Positions 38,272-48,898 of a stretch of 64,000 nt of DNA are shown here, one piece after another (positions within the stretch are counted from its first letter, which is position 1; each line of letters begins with the position of its first letter). Both the position numbers and the translations under genes were made by a program. The stretch is from an uncultured bacterium. Lineage in GTDB: Bacteria; Nitrospirota; JACRHL01. Under the pieces are notes generated by a model. The model was not told the origin of the DNA. It did not search any database and saw nothing but the letters and a program-made list of their open reading frames with translations. Location: positions 26,336 to 90,335 of the forward strand of contig CBDUXI010000001.1 in the NCBI GenBank assembly GCA_965371175.1, in the 5' to 3' direction.

Positions 38272-39831
38272 GTGTCCGCCACCCATTCACAGGTAAACAG
38301 GAAGCAGTCGGTCCTGCATGTGCGCCTGCCGTGCAACAAGGTGTGGCCGTTGGGGGTCATGACCCTGGCCGGGTATGTGCAAAAGCGCCACCCGCAGGTG
38401 AAGCAGCGCATCATTGATCTGGCGGTAATCCCGCCGAAAGAGCGAAAGGCCTATCTGCTTGAGCAGGTACGTGAATTCGCGCCGGACGTGATCAGCGTGT
38501 CGTGGCGCGATATTCAGGTGTTCGCCCCCCACGAGGCGGACCAGTCGCTGGAAAACTCGTTCAACTTTTTTTACTCCAACAGCCTGATCAAACGGCTGCT
38601 GGCCTCGTTCACCGGGTTGCAGATGGTGGCGGCCTACCACGCCAATTTGCGGGAAAACCTGGGCTATATTCGACTACTTGCCCGCAAATTTCCTGCCGCC
38701 ACCCACCTGCTTGGCGGCGGCGCGTTCAGCGTGTTTCACAAGCAGCTGGCAAAAAAACTGCCCGCCGGGGTGATCGGTGTGATCGGCGAGGGCGAGCAAG
38801 TGCTGGATACGGTGCTTTCCGGGCAGGATGTTTCCCCTTTGCGCGTCAGTTTCATGCGGGACGGCAGGCTGCACGAAGGGCAGACGCCCCCACCGCTGGA
38901 TCTTGCCGACGTGGGTATCGACTACCGCTATATCCAGGAGATTTTCCTCCAGTGGGAGGCGTATCGGGGCGCGCAGGTGAGCGTGCAGAGCAAGCGCGGC
39001 TGCCCGTACCGGTGCGCCTACTGCCTGTATCCGTATATCGAAGGGGTGCGGGTGAATTTGCGTCCGCCGCAGCTTGTGCTGGATGAAATCCAGTATCTGT
39101 ATGAGCATCTGGATGCCCGGGATTTCTGGTTTGCCGACGCCCAGTTCTTAACCGGCAGAGCCGCCCGTGGAAATGCTACAGAGCTGCTGTCCGGCATCAT
39201 CGACCGGGGTCTGAAGATCAACTGGAGCGGCTATGTGCGTACCAGTTCCATCACGAAAGAACTGGCCGACCTGATGGTGCGCTCCGGCGTGGGCGATCTG
39301 GAGGTGGGGCTGGCCTCCGGCTCCCAGGAGATGGTCAACCGCATGCAACTGGGCTTCAAGGTGGAGCACCTGTACCGGGGTGCCCGCAACCTGAAACAGG
39401 CCGGATACCGGCACAAGCTGGTACTCAACTACTCTCCCAACATGCCGGGAGAGACGCAAAAAACGCTGCTGGAAACCGTGGCGTCGTATCGGGAATTTTG
39501 CACCATCATGGGGGAGAGCCAAATCTATCCGATGATCTTCTTTATCGGGGTGCAGCCGTACACGCCCATGGAGCAGCAATTGCTGGATTCGGGCTACCTG
39601 AAGCGGGGGTACAACCCCATGTCGCTGAACCCGATTTCCATCAAGCGCCTGCTGTACAACCCCAAACCGCTCAACGGGCCGATCTCCAAAGCTTGCTTTG
39701 CGGCCTGGAAGGACGGCAGCGAAGACAGCGGCCGCCGGGTGCTGCTGGCGCTGGAGGCGATTTTGCTGGGCGAAAAAGGCAAAAAACCGCAGGTGAAGGT
39801 GGAAAACAAGAAGGCCTCCACACCGGGCTGA
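38272..39831 (+). CDS. Cobalamin-binding radical SAM protein, Slr0320-like
   Basis: B12-binding N-terminus with VRLPCN, SWRDIQVFAP and GGGAFSVF; KRGCPYRCAYCLYP (CxxxCxxC); FWFADAQF; IFFIGVQP. Confidence 0.85.
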   Translation: MSATHSQVNRKQSVLHVRLPCNKVWPLGVMTLAGYVQKRHPQVKQRIIDLAVIPPKERKAYLLEQVREFAPDVISVSWRDIQVFAPHEADQSLENSFNFFYSNSLIKRLLASFTGLQMVAAYHANLRENLGYIRLLARKFPAATHLLGGGAFSVFHKQLAKKLPAGVIGVIGEGEQVLDTVLSGQDVSPLRVSFMRDGRLHEGQTPPPLDLADVGIDYRYIQEIFLQWEAYRGAQVSVQSKRGCPYRCAYCLYPYIEGVRVNLRPPQLVLDEIQYLYEHLDARDFWFADAQFLTGRAARGNATELLSGIIDRGLKINWSGYVRTSSITKELADLMVRSGVGDLEVGLASGSQEMVNRMQLGFKVEHLYRGARNLKQAGYRHKLVLNYSPNMPGETQKTLLETVASYREFCTIMGESQIYPMIFFIGVQPYTPMEQQLLDSGYLKRGYNPMSLNPISIKRLLYNPKPLNGPISKACFAAWKDGSEDSGRRVLLALEAILLGEKGKKPQVKVENKKASTPG

Positions 39832-39835
39832 CGCC

Positions 39836-39872
39836 AAAAAAAGGGGCGCGGCCTGTTTAAGGACCGCGCCCT
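39836..39872 (-). terminator. Intrinsic terminator between the radical SAM gene and tRNA-Phe
   Basis: A7-GGGGCGCGG...CCGCGCCCT hairpin; U-tract on the minus strand. Confidence 0.65.
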
Positions 39873-39876
39873 GGTA

Positions 39877-39952
39877 TGGTGCCGAGACACAGAATCGAAC
39901 TGTGGACACGAGGCTTTTCAGGCCTCTGCTCTACCGACTGAGCTATCTCGGC
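39877..39952 (-). tRNA. tRNA-Phe (GAA)
   Basis: GCCGAGATAGCTCAGTCGGTAGAGCA GAGGC-CTGAAAA-GCCTC GTGTCCACAGTTCGATTCTGTGTCTCGGCACCA. Confidence 0.97.
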
Positions 39953-39963
39953 GAAGAGCGGAA

Positions 39964-39993
39964 ATGCTACAGGTGCCAACGTCCGCCTGTCAA
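39964..39993 (-). promoter_or_regulatory. Putative sigma70 promoter of tRNA-Phe
   Basis: TTGACA-18 nt-TAGCAT. Confidence 0.55.
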
Positions 39994-40132
39994 CGATGGA
40001 AGTATGTGGAAAAGCCGTGGCCGGGCTTGCATTGGCTAAGCCCGCACAGTATTATTCCTCTGTTAAACTGGCTGCGTTTACTGGGCGGCGGGCTTAATCG
40101 GCCCGCCGTTGCTATTTCTGGCGGGAGCAGGG

Positions 40133-40585
40133 TTGGATACGTCCTTCATAAATCAGATTCGGGAGTTGGTTCTTCCGGTGCTGGCTTCTATGGGACTGAC
40201 GCTGTTCGATGTGGAGCGGAGCGGGAACGCCGTGCGGGTCATCCTGGATCGGGAGGACGGCCCCGTGGGAGTGGACGAATGTGCCACCGTCAGCCGCTTC
40301 CTGTCCCATGCGCTGGACGTAGAAGATCCAATCTCCGGGCCGTATCGGCTAGAGGTTTCCTCACCGGGGCTTGACCGCCCATTAAGGAGCCCCGCCGAGT
40401 TTGGCCGGTTTACCGGGCAGGTGTGCCGGGTCAAGCTGACACAGGCCGTAAACGGAGATTATGTGTTCGTGGGGCACATTCGGGATGTGACGGGCACGCG
40501 CATCACGCTGGAACTTTCCAGTGGTGACACGCAGGTGATCGAGCATGCCAATGTGGCAAATGCCAGACTGGTCGTAGAGTTTTAA
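40133..40585 (+). CDS. rimP: Ribosome maturation factor RimP
   Basis: DECATVSR, YRLEVSSPGLDRPL. Upstream of nusA; probable TTG start. Confidence 0.93.
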   Translation: MDTSFINQIRELVLPVLASMGLTLFDVERSGNAVRVILDREDGPVGVDECATVSRFLSHALDVEDPISGPYRLEVSSPGLDRPLRSPAEFGRFTGQVCRVKLTQAVNGDYVFVGHIRDVTGTRITLELSSGDTQVIEHANVANARLVVEF

Positions 40586-40681
40586 CGGCGCGGCATGCCG
40601 CAAAAGTTTTAACGGATTGTTTTTTAGCTATTTCAAGGTCGGCGTCCCAACGGGCGCGGGCAAAACGGGAGCAGGATACTT

Positions 40682-42109
40682 ATGAGTCGCGAACTCATCT
40701 CCGCCATTGAGCAGATCAGCCGGGAGAAGGGGATCGACCAGAAGAAGATCGTCGAAGCGGTCGAGGTTGCCCTGGAAACCGCCGCCCAGAAACGCTACCC
40801 CGGCGACGCCAACATTCAGGCCAGCCTCAACGCGGAAACCGGAGAGGCAGAACTGGTCTCGTTTAAGGCGGTGGTTGAGGAAGTGATGGATCCGACACTG
40901 GAGATTTCCCTTTCCGAGGCCAGGGAAGCCGATCCGGAAGCGGAAATCGGTGACGAGGTCGGGTTTCTGCTGGAAATGGAAGGGTTTGGCCGCATTGCCG
41001 CCCAGGCCGCCAAACAGGTAATCTTTCAACATGTCCGGGAAGCCGAGTGGGAAGCCATTTATGGCGAATACCTGGGCCGGGAAGGACATCTGGTCACTGG
41101 CATGGTGCTGGGGCAGGAACGGCGCAACTACATCGTCGAACTGGGTCGCACCGAAGCGCTGTTGCCCGCATCGGAGCAAATCCCGCGGGAAATCTATCGC
41201 CGTGGCGACCGGGTGCGGGCGCTGCTGCTGGAAGTGCGCGAAACCGCCCGTGGGCCGCAGCTTATCCTGTCCAGAAACAGCCCGCTGTTTGTGCGTAAGC
41301 TGTTCGAAATGGAAGTGCCGGAAATCGCCGAGGGCATTGTCGAAATCAAGGCCAGCGCCAGAGACGCGGGCGACCGTACCAAGATGGCGGTCTGGTCCAA
41401 AGAACGCGGCGTGGATCCGGTGGGTGCCTGCGTGGGCATGAAAGGCTCCCGGGTGCAAGCCGTGGTGCGCGAGTTGCACGGCGAAAAAATCGACATCATC
41501 TCCTGGACAGACGATCCCCAGCGGTTTATTGCCGAGGCCCTGTCCCCGGCCGAAATCGACCGGGTGGGCATCACCGAGGAAGAGGGTTCCGCCATCGTCA
41601 TTGTGCGCGACGACCAACTGTCACTTGCCATTGGCAAGAAGGGGCAGAACGTGCGTCTGGCATCGCGTCTGACCGGCTGGAACCTGGATATTCTGTCCGA
41701 GAGCGAGTACCGGGAAGACGCTTTCGAAGGCAAGGACGAAGAGCTGGAGGCGGCCCTGCTCGGCCACGCCCGGGCCAAGGCCCAGGGCATTACCGATGCC
41801 GAATCGCTGTTCTCCAGTTTTCCGGACGGAGAGGCGGCGCCGGAAGCCGGGGAAGAAGCCGGGACGGAAGCCGCACCTGCCGCAACGGATAGCGATGTAG
41901 ACGCGGCACCCGCCGCCGAGGATGAAGAAAAAACAGAGTCCACGGACGAACAGGCAGAAGATGCTGCGGAAACCGCTACGCAAGAGGACGCAGCCGGGGT
42001 GAAAGAGAAGGTCGCAGAATCGGCTCAGGCCGAGGCCGCCGCAGCGGGAGAGCCGCAGGCCGAGGCGGCCGAGGAAAAAAGCGAAGCCAAGGCAGAAGAG
42101 GACGCTTAA
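40682..42109 (+). CDS. nusA: Transcription termination factor NusA with an acidic tail
   Basis: FGRIAAQAAKQVI, S1 and KH domains (GACVGMKGSRV, LAIGKKGQNVRLA). Confidence 0.97.
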   Translation: MSRELISAIEQISREKGIDQKKIVEAVEVALETAAQKRYPGDANIQASLNAETGEAELVSFKAVVEEVMDPTLEISLSEAREADPEAEIGDEVGFLLEMEGFGRIAAQAAKQVIFQHVREAEWEAIYGEYLGREGHLVTGMVLGQERRNYIVELGRTEALLPASEQIPREIYRRGDRVRALLLEVRETARGPQLILSRNSPLFVRKLFEMEVPEIAEGIVEIKASARDAGDRTKMAVWSKERGVDPVGACVGMKGSRVQAVVRELHGEKIDIISWTDDPQRFIAEALSPAEIDRVGITEEEGSAIVIVRDDQLSLAIGKKGQNVRLASRLTGWNLDILSESEYREDAFEGKDEELEAALLGHARAKAQGITDAESLFSSFPDGEAAPEAGEEAGTEAAPAATDSDVDAAPAAEDEEKTESTDEQAEDAAETATQEDAAGVKEKVAESAQAEAAAAGEPQAEAAEEKSEAKAEEDA

Positions 42110-42162
42110 CAGCGTTCACCGGAACGTAAATTGGAAACGGAAAACGGAGGCACAATCGGTTC

Positions 42163-44787
42163 ATGAGGGTTTTTGAACTGGCGCGAGATCTGGGGCAAAC
42201 CAGCAAGGAGTTGCTGGCTGTTCTGGAGAAAATGGGCATTGCGGTCGAAGACCATGCCGCCGAACTGGACGCTACGGACGAGAAAAAAGTCCGCCAGAAG
42301 CTTACCAGGCCCGCCCCGGTAAGAAAGAAAAAGAAGGCAGCACCTGCCCCCGAGCCGGAACCTGTGGCCGAAGCGGCCCCCAAGGCCCGGGTGGTGGTGA
42401 GGCGCCGTCGCGCCGAAAAACCGCCCGTGGAAGCCCCGGAGCTGGTCGCTGAGGCACCCGTCCCCGTCGAGCCGGAACCCGTTGTACAGGAGCCGGTCGC
42501 CGCCGAGCCGGAGCCGATTGCCGCCGAGCCGACGATCGTCGAGCCGGAACCTGCCGTCCCGGTAGAGGTCGCCACCAGCACCGTGGAAACCGTGGCCAAG
42601 GTGGCTGCCCCCACCCCGAAAGCCCCCGAAAAACCGGTAAGAAAATCAGCCCTTCCATCTGCCGAAGAACGGGTTCGCCGCGCGCAGCCGGGTAGCCGGG
42701 AAACCCCCAAGGGTTTAACACCCCATATGGACATTCTGACCGATGCGCCCAAAAAACGGGTGGTCATCGACCTGCCGCCGGAAAAACCCGCTGTCGCCAA
42801 GGTGGCCAAGCCCGAAAAACGTGAAAAGAAAAAAGGCCGGGAGGCCGAGTCTTCCGCCCCGGCTCCCGGACAGGCGCCCGCCCCCGCCCCCGGCACCGAT
42901 GCCCGCGGCAAGCGCAAGTGGCAGAGCTTCAAGGGCAAAAAAGGTAAGGGACGGGGTCGAGAAGATCGTGCGGCCGGCGGGTTTTCCAGACCTCACAAGG
43001 GTGATGCCCAGGAAGCATCGGCTCCCCGGGTGCGGGCCATTCGTATTCAGGAAGGCACCACCGTCAAGGAGTTTGCCGATTCCCTGGGCCTGAAGGTGAG
43101 CATTATCATCGCCGAGCTCATGAAAATGGGCGCCATGGCCACCCTCAACGACCCCATCGACATGGACGCCGCCCAGTTGATTGCCGACGCCATGGACGTG
43201 AAGATGGACATCGTGCTCGACAAGACCGAGGACGAACGTCTGGATGTGGTGGAAGATACCGAAGAATCGCTGCAAGGGCGTGCGCCGGTGGTCACCATCA
43301 TGGGCCACGTGGACCACGGTAAAACGTCGTTGCTGGACGCGATTCGCACCACCCGGGTGACTGCAAAGGAAGCCGGTGGCATTACCCAGCACATTGGTGC
43401 CTATGCAGTGGAAACCGAGCGCGGCAAGGTGGTGTTTCTGGACACGCCGGGCCACGAGGCGTTTACCGCCATGCGTTCTCGTGGGGCCCAGTACACCGAT
43501 ATTGTGGTGCTGGTGGTGGCCGCCGATGACGGGGTGATGCCCCAGACCGTCGAGGCCATCCATCACGCCAAAAATGCGGGCGTGCCCATCATCGTTGCGG
43601 TCAACAAGATTGACAAGCCCGATGCCAATCCCGACCGGGTGTTGCAGTCCATATCCGAACACGAACTGGTGCCCGAGGAATGGGGCGGAGACGTGCTGGT
43701 GGCCAAGGTGTCCGCCCAGACCCAGGAGGGCATTCCCGACCTGCTGGAGAAAATTCTGTTGCAGGCCGAAATCATGGACCTGAAGGCCAACCCGGACAAG
43801 CCCGCCATCGGCGTGGTGGTGGAAGCCCGACTGGACCGTGGCCGTGGGCCGGTGGCCACGGTGCTGATCCGCGGCGGTACCCTGAGGGTGGGCGACTTTT
43901 TCGTCACCGGAAACCACACGGGCCGGGTGCGTGCCATGACCGACGATATGGGCAACCGCCTGGAGGTTGCTGTCCCCGCCACCCCGGTAGAGATTATCGG
44001 CCTCGAAGGCGTGCCCATGGCAGGGGATACGTTCAATGCGGTCACCAACGAAAAAGCCGCCAAGGAAGTGGCCGGCGACCGACGCCATAAACAACGCAGC
44101 CGGGAGTTGGCCCGGGAAAAGAAAATATCCCTGGACGACCTGTTCTCCAAGATGCAGGAAGATCAGGAATTGGTCGATCTGCCCCTGGTGCTGCGCGGCG
44201 ACGTGCAGGGGAGCCTGGAGGCCATTTCCGATGCCCTGCTGAAAATGCCGTCTGACAAGGTCCGGATCAAGATTCTGCATTCCGGCGTGGGCGGCATCAC
44301 CGAAACCGACATTATGCTGGCTGCCGCCGGTGGCGCCATCGTCATTGGTTTTTCCGTCCGTCCCGAGCCCAAGGCCGCAAAGCTGGCCGAGCAGGAAGGG
44401 GTGGATGTGCGCCTGTACAACGTCATCTACAACCTGACCGACGACGTGCGGGCGGCCATGGAAGGACTGCTTGCGCCCCTGTACAAGGAGCGGTCCCTGG
44501 GCCGCGCCGAAGTACGCGAGGTGTTCAAGGTGCCCCGTGCGGGACAGGTGGCCGGTTGCTACGTGACGGAAGGCGAAATTCTGCGTGGCAGCGCAGGTCT
44601 GCGCGTGGTCCGCGACAGCGTGGTGGTCCACGAAGGCCCGCTGCTTGCGCTGCGGCGTTTCAAGGATGACGTCAAGGAAGTCAAAGCCGGCTACGAGTGC
44701 GGTATCTCCTTCGAGCGCTTTAACGACATCAAGGTGGGCGATATCATCGAGGCGTTTGCCATGGATGAAGAAGCCGCGAAGCTGTAA
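42163..44787 (+). CDS. infB: Translation initiation factor IF-2
   Basis: [22 protein letters not shown]. Confidence 0.98.
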   Translation: MRVFELARDLGQTSKELLAVLEKMGIAVEDHAAELDATDEKKVRQKLTRPAPVRKKKKAAPAPEPEPVAEAAPKARVVVRRRRAEKPPVEAPELVAEAPVPVEPEPVVQEPVAAEPEPIAAEPTIVEPEPAVPVEVATSTVETVAKVAAPTPKAPEKPVRKSALPSAEERVRRAQPGSRETPKGLTPHMDILTDAPKKRVVIDLPPEKPAVAKVAKPEKREKKKGREAESSAPAPGQAPAPAPGTDARGKRKWQSFKGKKGKGRGREDRAAGGFSRPHKGDAQEASAPRVRAIRIQEGTTVKEFADSLGLKVSIIIAELMKMGAMATLNDPIDMDAAQLIADAMDVKMDIVLDKTEDERLDVVEDTEESLQGRAPVVTIMGHVDHGKTSLLDAIRTTRVTAKEAGGITQHIGAYAVETERGKVVFLDTPGHEAFTAMRSRGAQYTDIVVLVVAADDGVMPQTVEAIHHAKNAGVPIIVAVNKIDKPDANPDRVLQSISEHELVPEEWGGDVLVAKVSAQTQEGIPDLLEKILLQAEIMDLKANPDKPAIGVVVEARLDRGRGPVATVLIRGGTLRVGDFFVTGNHTGRVRAMTDDMGNRLEVAVPATPVEIIGLEGVPMAGDTFNAVTNEKAAKEVAGDRRHKQRSRELAREKKISLDDLFSKMQEDQELVDLPLVLRGDVQGSLEAISDALLKMPSDKVRIKILHSGVGGITETDIMLAAAGGAIVIGFSVRPEPKAAKLAEQEGVDVRLYNVIYNLTDDVRAAMEGLLAPLYKERSLGRAEVREVFKVPRAGQVAGCYVTEGEILRGSAGLRVVRDSVVVHEGPLLALRRFKDDVKEVKAGYECGISFERFNDIKVGDIIEAFAMDEEAAKL

Positions 44788-44860
44788 GCCGGATATGGGA
44801 TATGCACCACCATCATTTTTGCACGGTATCACGGCCCACGGTTCAGGTCATGGGGGCGCG

Positions 44861-45247
44861 GTGAAGCAGGAAAAACGCAAAGGGTACCGCCGCAATCAGC
44901 GCGTGGGCGATGTGATGCAGCAGATCATTGCCGAGGCCATCGAGCGTCGGGTGGACGACCCCAGAGTGGGGTTTGTTACCGTCAGCCATGTGGATGCCGC
45001 TCCCGATCTAAAGACCGCCCGGGTGTATGTGAGTGTGCTGGAAGTGGGTGAGGCTGACGGCGCATCCACCATCAAGGCCTTAAACGAGTTTTCTGGGCTG
45101 CTGCAGAGAGAAGTGGCCCTGCATTTGCGTACCAAATTCACCCCCCGACTGACGTTTGTGGAAGATGCGGGACCTGCCCGGGCCGACCACATCAGCCGGT
45201 TGCTGGATACCAGCGGTCAGTCCGGCAACGGGGAGGAGGGCCAATGA
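44861..45247 (+). CDS. rbfA: Ribosome-binding factor A
   Basis: RNQRVG, DPRVGFVTV, DLKTARVYVS, TPRLTF. Confidence 0.93.
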   Translation: MKQEKRKGYRRNQRVGDVMQQIIAEAIERRVDDPRVGFVTVSHVDAAPDLKTARVYVSVLEVGEADGASTIKALNEFSGLLQREVALHLRTKFTPRLTFVEDAGPARADHISRLLDTSGQSGNGEEGQ

Positions 45248-46215
45248 AGGCGGTTCTGAACCCACCGGCACAAGGCCTGTCCGGCACCCTGATTATCGAC
45301 AAGGCCGAAGGCTGGACCTCTCACGACGTGGTGGCCAAAGTTCGGCGACTGTTGAAGGTGAAAAAAGTGGGCCATACCGGCACCCTGGACCCGATGGGTA
45401 CCGGCGTGCTGCCGATCTGCGTGGGGGACGCCACCAAAATCGCAGGCTACGCCCAGATGGCCGACAAAACCTACCGGGTCACCATGCAACTGGGGGTCGC
45501 CACCGATACCCAGGACCGCACCGGTGAAGTGATCGCCACGAAGGCCCTGGATGAAACCGTAGACTGGGACGCCCGGGTGCGCGAGGAACTGGGCAAAATG
45601 GTGGGTGATACCCTGCAAATTCCGCCCATGTACGCCGCCGTCAAGATCGGCGGCGAGGCCCTCTACAAGAAGGCCCGCCGGGGCGAGACCGTCGAGCGGG
45701 AACCGCGCAAGATCACCATTTACGGCATTACCGATATCCAGGTGGCGCTACCGTACGTGCACTTTACCCTGGCCTGTGCCAAAGGTACCTATGTGCGTAC
45801 CGTGGCCGACGATGTGGGCGCAAGGCTGGGCGTCGGCGCGCACCTTACCCGTTTGCAGCGCACCCGTTGCGGCCCGATTTCTATTGACGAGGCGATTACC
45901 ATTGATGAACTGGCGCAAGCCGCAAGTGAGAACCGGGTCGCAGAAATGCTGCGTCCGGCAGACCACCTGCTGGGTGATCTGCCGAAGCTGGCTGTGAGCG
46001 AGTACACCGCCCGGCGCATGGTGCAGGGGATTGCCCCGCAACGGTCCGAATGGCGCATGGGTACGGGCGCGGGGGAACTGGATCGCGAAAGTTTTGTGCC
46101 GGGAACCTTGTGCCGTGTGCACGGGGACGAACGAGGATTCTTTGCACTGGTGGAAACCAGCGCAGACCCGTTACGGCCCGCCAAATTGAAACGTATTGTT
46201 AAAACCAAAGCCTGA
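45244..46215 (+). CDS. truB: tRNA pseudouridine(55) synthase
   Basis: TSHDVV, GHTGTLDP, PPMYAAVK, KGTYVR. Confidence 0.96.
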   Translation: MKAVLNPPAQGLSGTLIIDKAEGWTSHDVVAKVRRLLKVKKVGHTGTLDPMGTGVLPICVGDATKIAGYAQMADKTYRVTMQLGVATDTQDRTGEVIATKALDETVDWDARVREELGKMVGDTLQIPPMYAAVKIGGEALYKKARRGETVEREPRKITIYGITDIQVALPYVHFTLACAKGTYVRTVADDVGARLGVGAHLTRLQRTRCGPISIDEAITIDELAQAASENRVAEMLRPADHLLGDLPKLAVSEYTARRMVQGIAPQRSEWRMGTGAGELDRESFVPGTLCRVHGDERGFFALVETSADPLRPAKLKRIVKTKA

Positions 46216-46246
46216 CCAAGCTGTATGATTTGTCTGGAGGAAAAAC

Positions 46247-46516
46247 ATGGCAACCAGTAAAGAAGATCGAACCAAAACGATTGCTGACAATCAGCATCAC
46301 AAGACCGATACCGGATCGCCAGAGGTGCAGGTTGCACTTTTGACGGGCCGGATCAGCTACCTGACGGAGCACTTCCGCAGCCACAAAAAGGATCACCATT
46401 CCCGGCGTGGGCTGCTCAAGATGGTGGCCCGGCGGCGTAAGTTGCTCGATTACATCAAGGGCAACGACGACACCAAGTACCGTGACCTGATTGGCAAGTT
46501 GGGCATTCGCCGCTAA
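46247..46516 (+). CDS. rpsO: 30S ribosomal protein S15
   Basis: [24 protein letters not shown]. Confidence 0.97.
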   Translation: MATSKEDRTKTIADNQHHKTDTGSPEVQVALLTGRISYLTEHFRSHKKDHHSRRGLLKMVARRRKLLDYIKGNDDTKYRDLIGKLGIRR

Positions 46517-46560
46517 CACCGTACGCGCGCCCCGGTAATGTCCGGAGTTTAAAATTGGAT

Positions 46561-46639
46561 GCGTCGGCTAGAAGATGGACACAGGACAGCGAGTAGAATT
46601 TTTCTGCCCGCTGTCCTGTGGTCATCTTTATGCCGACGC
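46561..46639 (+). promoter_or_regulatory. Long stem-loop in the pnp leader (probable RNase III processing site)
   Basis: GCGTCGGC..AAGATG..CACAGGACAGCG pairs with CGCTGTCCTGTG..CATCTT..GCCGACGC. Confidence 0.7.
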
Positions 46640-46675
46640 CAGACGCAGCATATATAAGATGATGAGGAATAAATC

Positions 46676-48790
46676 ATGAAATTTGACATAAAAACCGTTT
46701 CGGCCCAATACGGGAGCGAAACCCTGACCCTGGAGACCGGTCGCATGGCCAAGCAGGCCCACGGGTCGGTATTGGCTACCTATGGCGATGTGATGGTGCT
46801 GGCCACCGTCGTCTCCGACTACTCCCCCAAGGCGGGGGCCGACTTCTTTCCCCTGATGGTGGATTACCGGGAAAAATTCTATGCGGCGGGTAAAATCCCC
46901 GGCGGCTTTTTCAAGCGTGAAGGACCGCCCACCGAGCGGGAAACCCTCACCTGCCGCCTGATTGACCGGCCCATCCGACCGCTGTTCCCGAAAGGGTACT
47001 GGCACGAAACCATCGTGACCATCAACACCATTTCTGCGGACACCTCGGGCCGCTCCGACGTGCTGGCCCTGATCGCCGCCTCTGCGGCCCTGTCGATTTC
47101 GGATATTCCGTTCGCCGGCCCCGTTGCGGGCGTCCGGGTGGGCCGGATTGACGGCAAGCTGGTGGTCAACCCCACCATGGAAGAGTTGGAAAACAGCGAC
47201 ATTGACGTGCTGGTGGCCGGTACTGCCGATGCCATCATGATGGTGGAAGGCGGGGCCGACGAGGTGCCGGAAGACGAGATGCTGACCGCTCTGGAATTTG
47301 CCCACGCGCAAATTAAAGAGAACGTGGCCATGCAGGCGGATCTGGTGAAGCAGGCGGGCCTGCCCACCCGGGAACTGCCGGGCGCCAAGGACAACAAGGA
47401 ACTGGAAGACAAGATCGCGTCTCTGGCCAAAGACAAAATGTCCACGGCCGTGCAGATTGCCGAGAAGATGGACCGTTCCGCCGCCGTCAAGGCCGTGGGC
47501 AAGGAAACCCTGGAAGCCCTGGGTTTTGAAGACGAAGAGGCCATTGACGAGGCCAAGGACGCCCTGCATGCACTGGAAGCTTCCATCATGCGTAATCTGG
47601 TGCTGGACAGCGGCGTGCGCGCCGACGGCCGCGACACCAAAACCGTGCGCCCCATCCTCATCGACGTGGGCCTTCTGCCCCGCGCCCACGGTTCGTGCCT
47701 GTTTACCCGTGGCGAAACCCAGGCACTGGTCAGCACCACCCTGGGTACCAAGGAAGACAATCAGCGCATGGACAATCTGGAGGGCAACACCGTCCGCAAC
47801 TTCATGCTGCACTACAACTTCCCGCCGTTTTCGGTGGGTGAGGCGCGGGCGGCACGTCCTCCCAGCCGCCGGGAAAAAGGGCACGGCGCCCTGGCCCATC
47901 GTGCGTTGCAGCCGGTCATTCCAGACCACGACGACTTTCCGTACACCATCCGCATCGTCTCCGACATTTTAGAGTCGAACGGTTCCTCCTCCATGGCTTC
48001 GGTCTGTGGCGGTGCACTGGCGATGATGGATGCCGGGATTCCGCTCAAGCGGCCGGTGGCGGGGATTGCCATGGGGCTCATCAAGGAAGGTGACCGGACT
48101 GCGATCCTGTCGGACATTCTGGGTGTGGAAGACCACCTGGGCGATATGGACTTCAAGGTGTGCGGCACCGAGCGGGGCATCACCGCCCTGCAGATGGACA
48201 TCAAGATCACCGGCATCACTGCCGAGTTGATGGCCGAGGCGATGGAGCAGGCCCGTCAGGGCCGTGAGCACATCCTGGCCAAAATGGATGAAATTTTGGC
48301 CACCCCGCGCAAGGAAATGTCGGCCCATGCGCCGCGCATTACCACCGTGAAGGTGCCTTCTGACAAGGTGCGCGAGGTGATCGGTGCAGGCGGCAAGGTG
48401 GTACGAGGCATTGTGGATGCGTGCGGCGTCAAGATCGATATTGAGGACGACGGCACCATTCACGTGGCAGCCACCTCCGGCGAGGCGTCCGAAAAGGCCA
48501 TCAACATGATCAAGGCCATCGTGTCGGAGCCGGAAATCGGCACCATCTACGAAGGCACGGTTCGTAAGATCATGGATTTTGGCGCATTCGTGGAGTTCCT
48601 GCCCGGCAAGGACGGGCTGGTGCACATTTCCCAGTTGGCCGACCACCGGGTGGGTCAGGTGAGCGACGTGGTCAAAGAGGGTGACATCATCAACGTGAAG
48701 GTGCTGGAAGTGGATCGTCAGGGCAAGGTGCGCCTGTCCAAGCGCGAGGCCGATGCCGATCTGGCCGGGGAAAAGACCGATCAGGCCTGA
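46676..48790 (+). CDS. pnp: Polyribonucleotide nucleotidyltransferase
   Basis: [34 protein letters not shown] and S1 domains. Confidence 0.98.
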   Translation: MKFDIKTVSAQYGSETLTLETGRMAKQAHGSVLATYGDVMVLATVVSDYSPKAGADFFPLMVDYREKFYAAGKIPGGFFKREGPPTERETLTCRLIDRPIRPLFPKGYWHETIVTINTISADTSGRSDVLALIAASAALSISDIPFAGPVAGVRVGRIDGKLVVNPTMEELENSDIDVLVAGTADAIMMVEGGADEVPEDEMLTALEFAHAQIKENVAMQADLVKQAGLPTRELPGAKDNKELEDKIASLAKDKMSTAVQIAEKMDRSAAVKAVGKETLEALGFEDEEAIDEAKDALHALEASIMRNLVLDSGVRADGRDTKTVRPILIDVGLLPRAHGSCLFTRGETQALVSTTLGTKEDNQRMDNLEGNTVRNFMLHYNFPPFSVGEARAARPPSRREKGHGALAHRALQPVIPDHDDFPYTIRIVSDILESNGSSSMASVCGGALAMMDAGIPLKRPVAGIAMGLIKEGDRTAILSDILGVEDHLGDMDFKVCGTERGITALQMDIKITGITAELMAEAMEQARQGREHILAKMDEILATPRKEMSAHAPRITTVKVPSDKVREVIGAGGKVVRGIVDACGVKIDIEDDGTIHVAATSGEASEKAINMIKAIVSEPEIGTIYEGTVRKIMDFGAFVEFLPGKDGLVHISQLADHRVGQVSDVVKEGDIINVKVLEVDRQGKVRLSKREADADLAGEKTDQA

Positions 48791-48831
48791 CGCTTGAAGC
48801 TTTCCCGAACGGGGAGTTGCCAAGTATGATT

Positions 48832-48870
48832 AAGAGCAGCCAGCCTTTGGGCTGGCTGCTCTTTTCTTTT
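48832..48870 (+). terminator. Rho-independent terminator after pnp
   Basis: AAGAGCAGCCAGCC-TTTG-GGCTGGCTGCTCTT followed by a T-tract. Confidence 0.85.
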
Positions 48871-48898
48871 CCCTAATCTGTATAAAGCCCGGGAACCC

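Noticed and set aside
38272-39831. Hopanoid methylase (HpnP/HpnR/HpnJ) because hpnCDE is nearby
   Set aside because: The motifs fit the Slr0320-like family, and the gene is coupled to ubiE on the opposite strand from hpnCDE.
39877-39952. Integrative element at tRNA-Phe
   Set aside because: A terminator follows directly; no integrase or duplicated tRNA 3' end was seen.
42715-44832. 705-aa antisense ORF over infB (and similar ones over glgP, pckA, proA, pnp, ctpA)
   Set aside because: Shadow ORFs produced by high-GC codon bias on the opposite strand of conserved genes.
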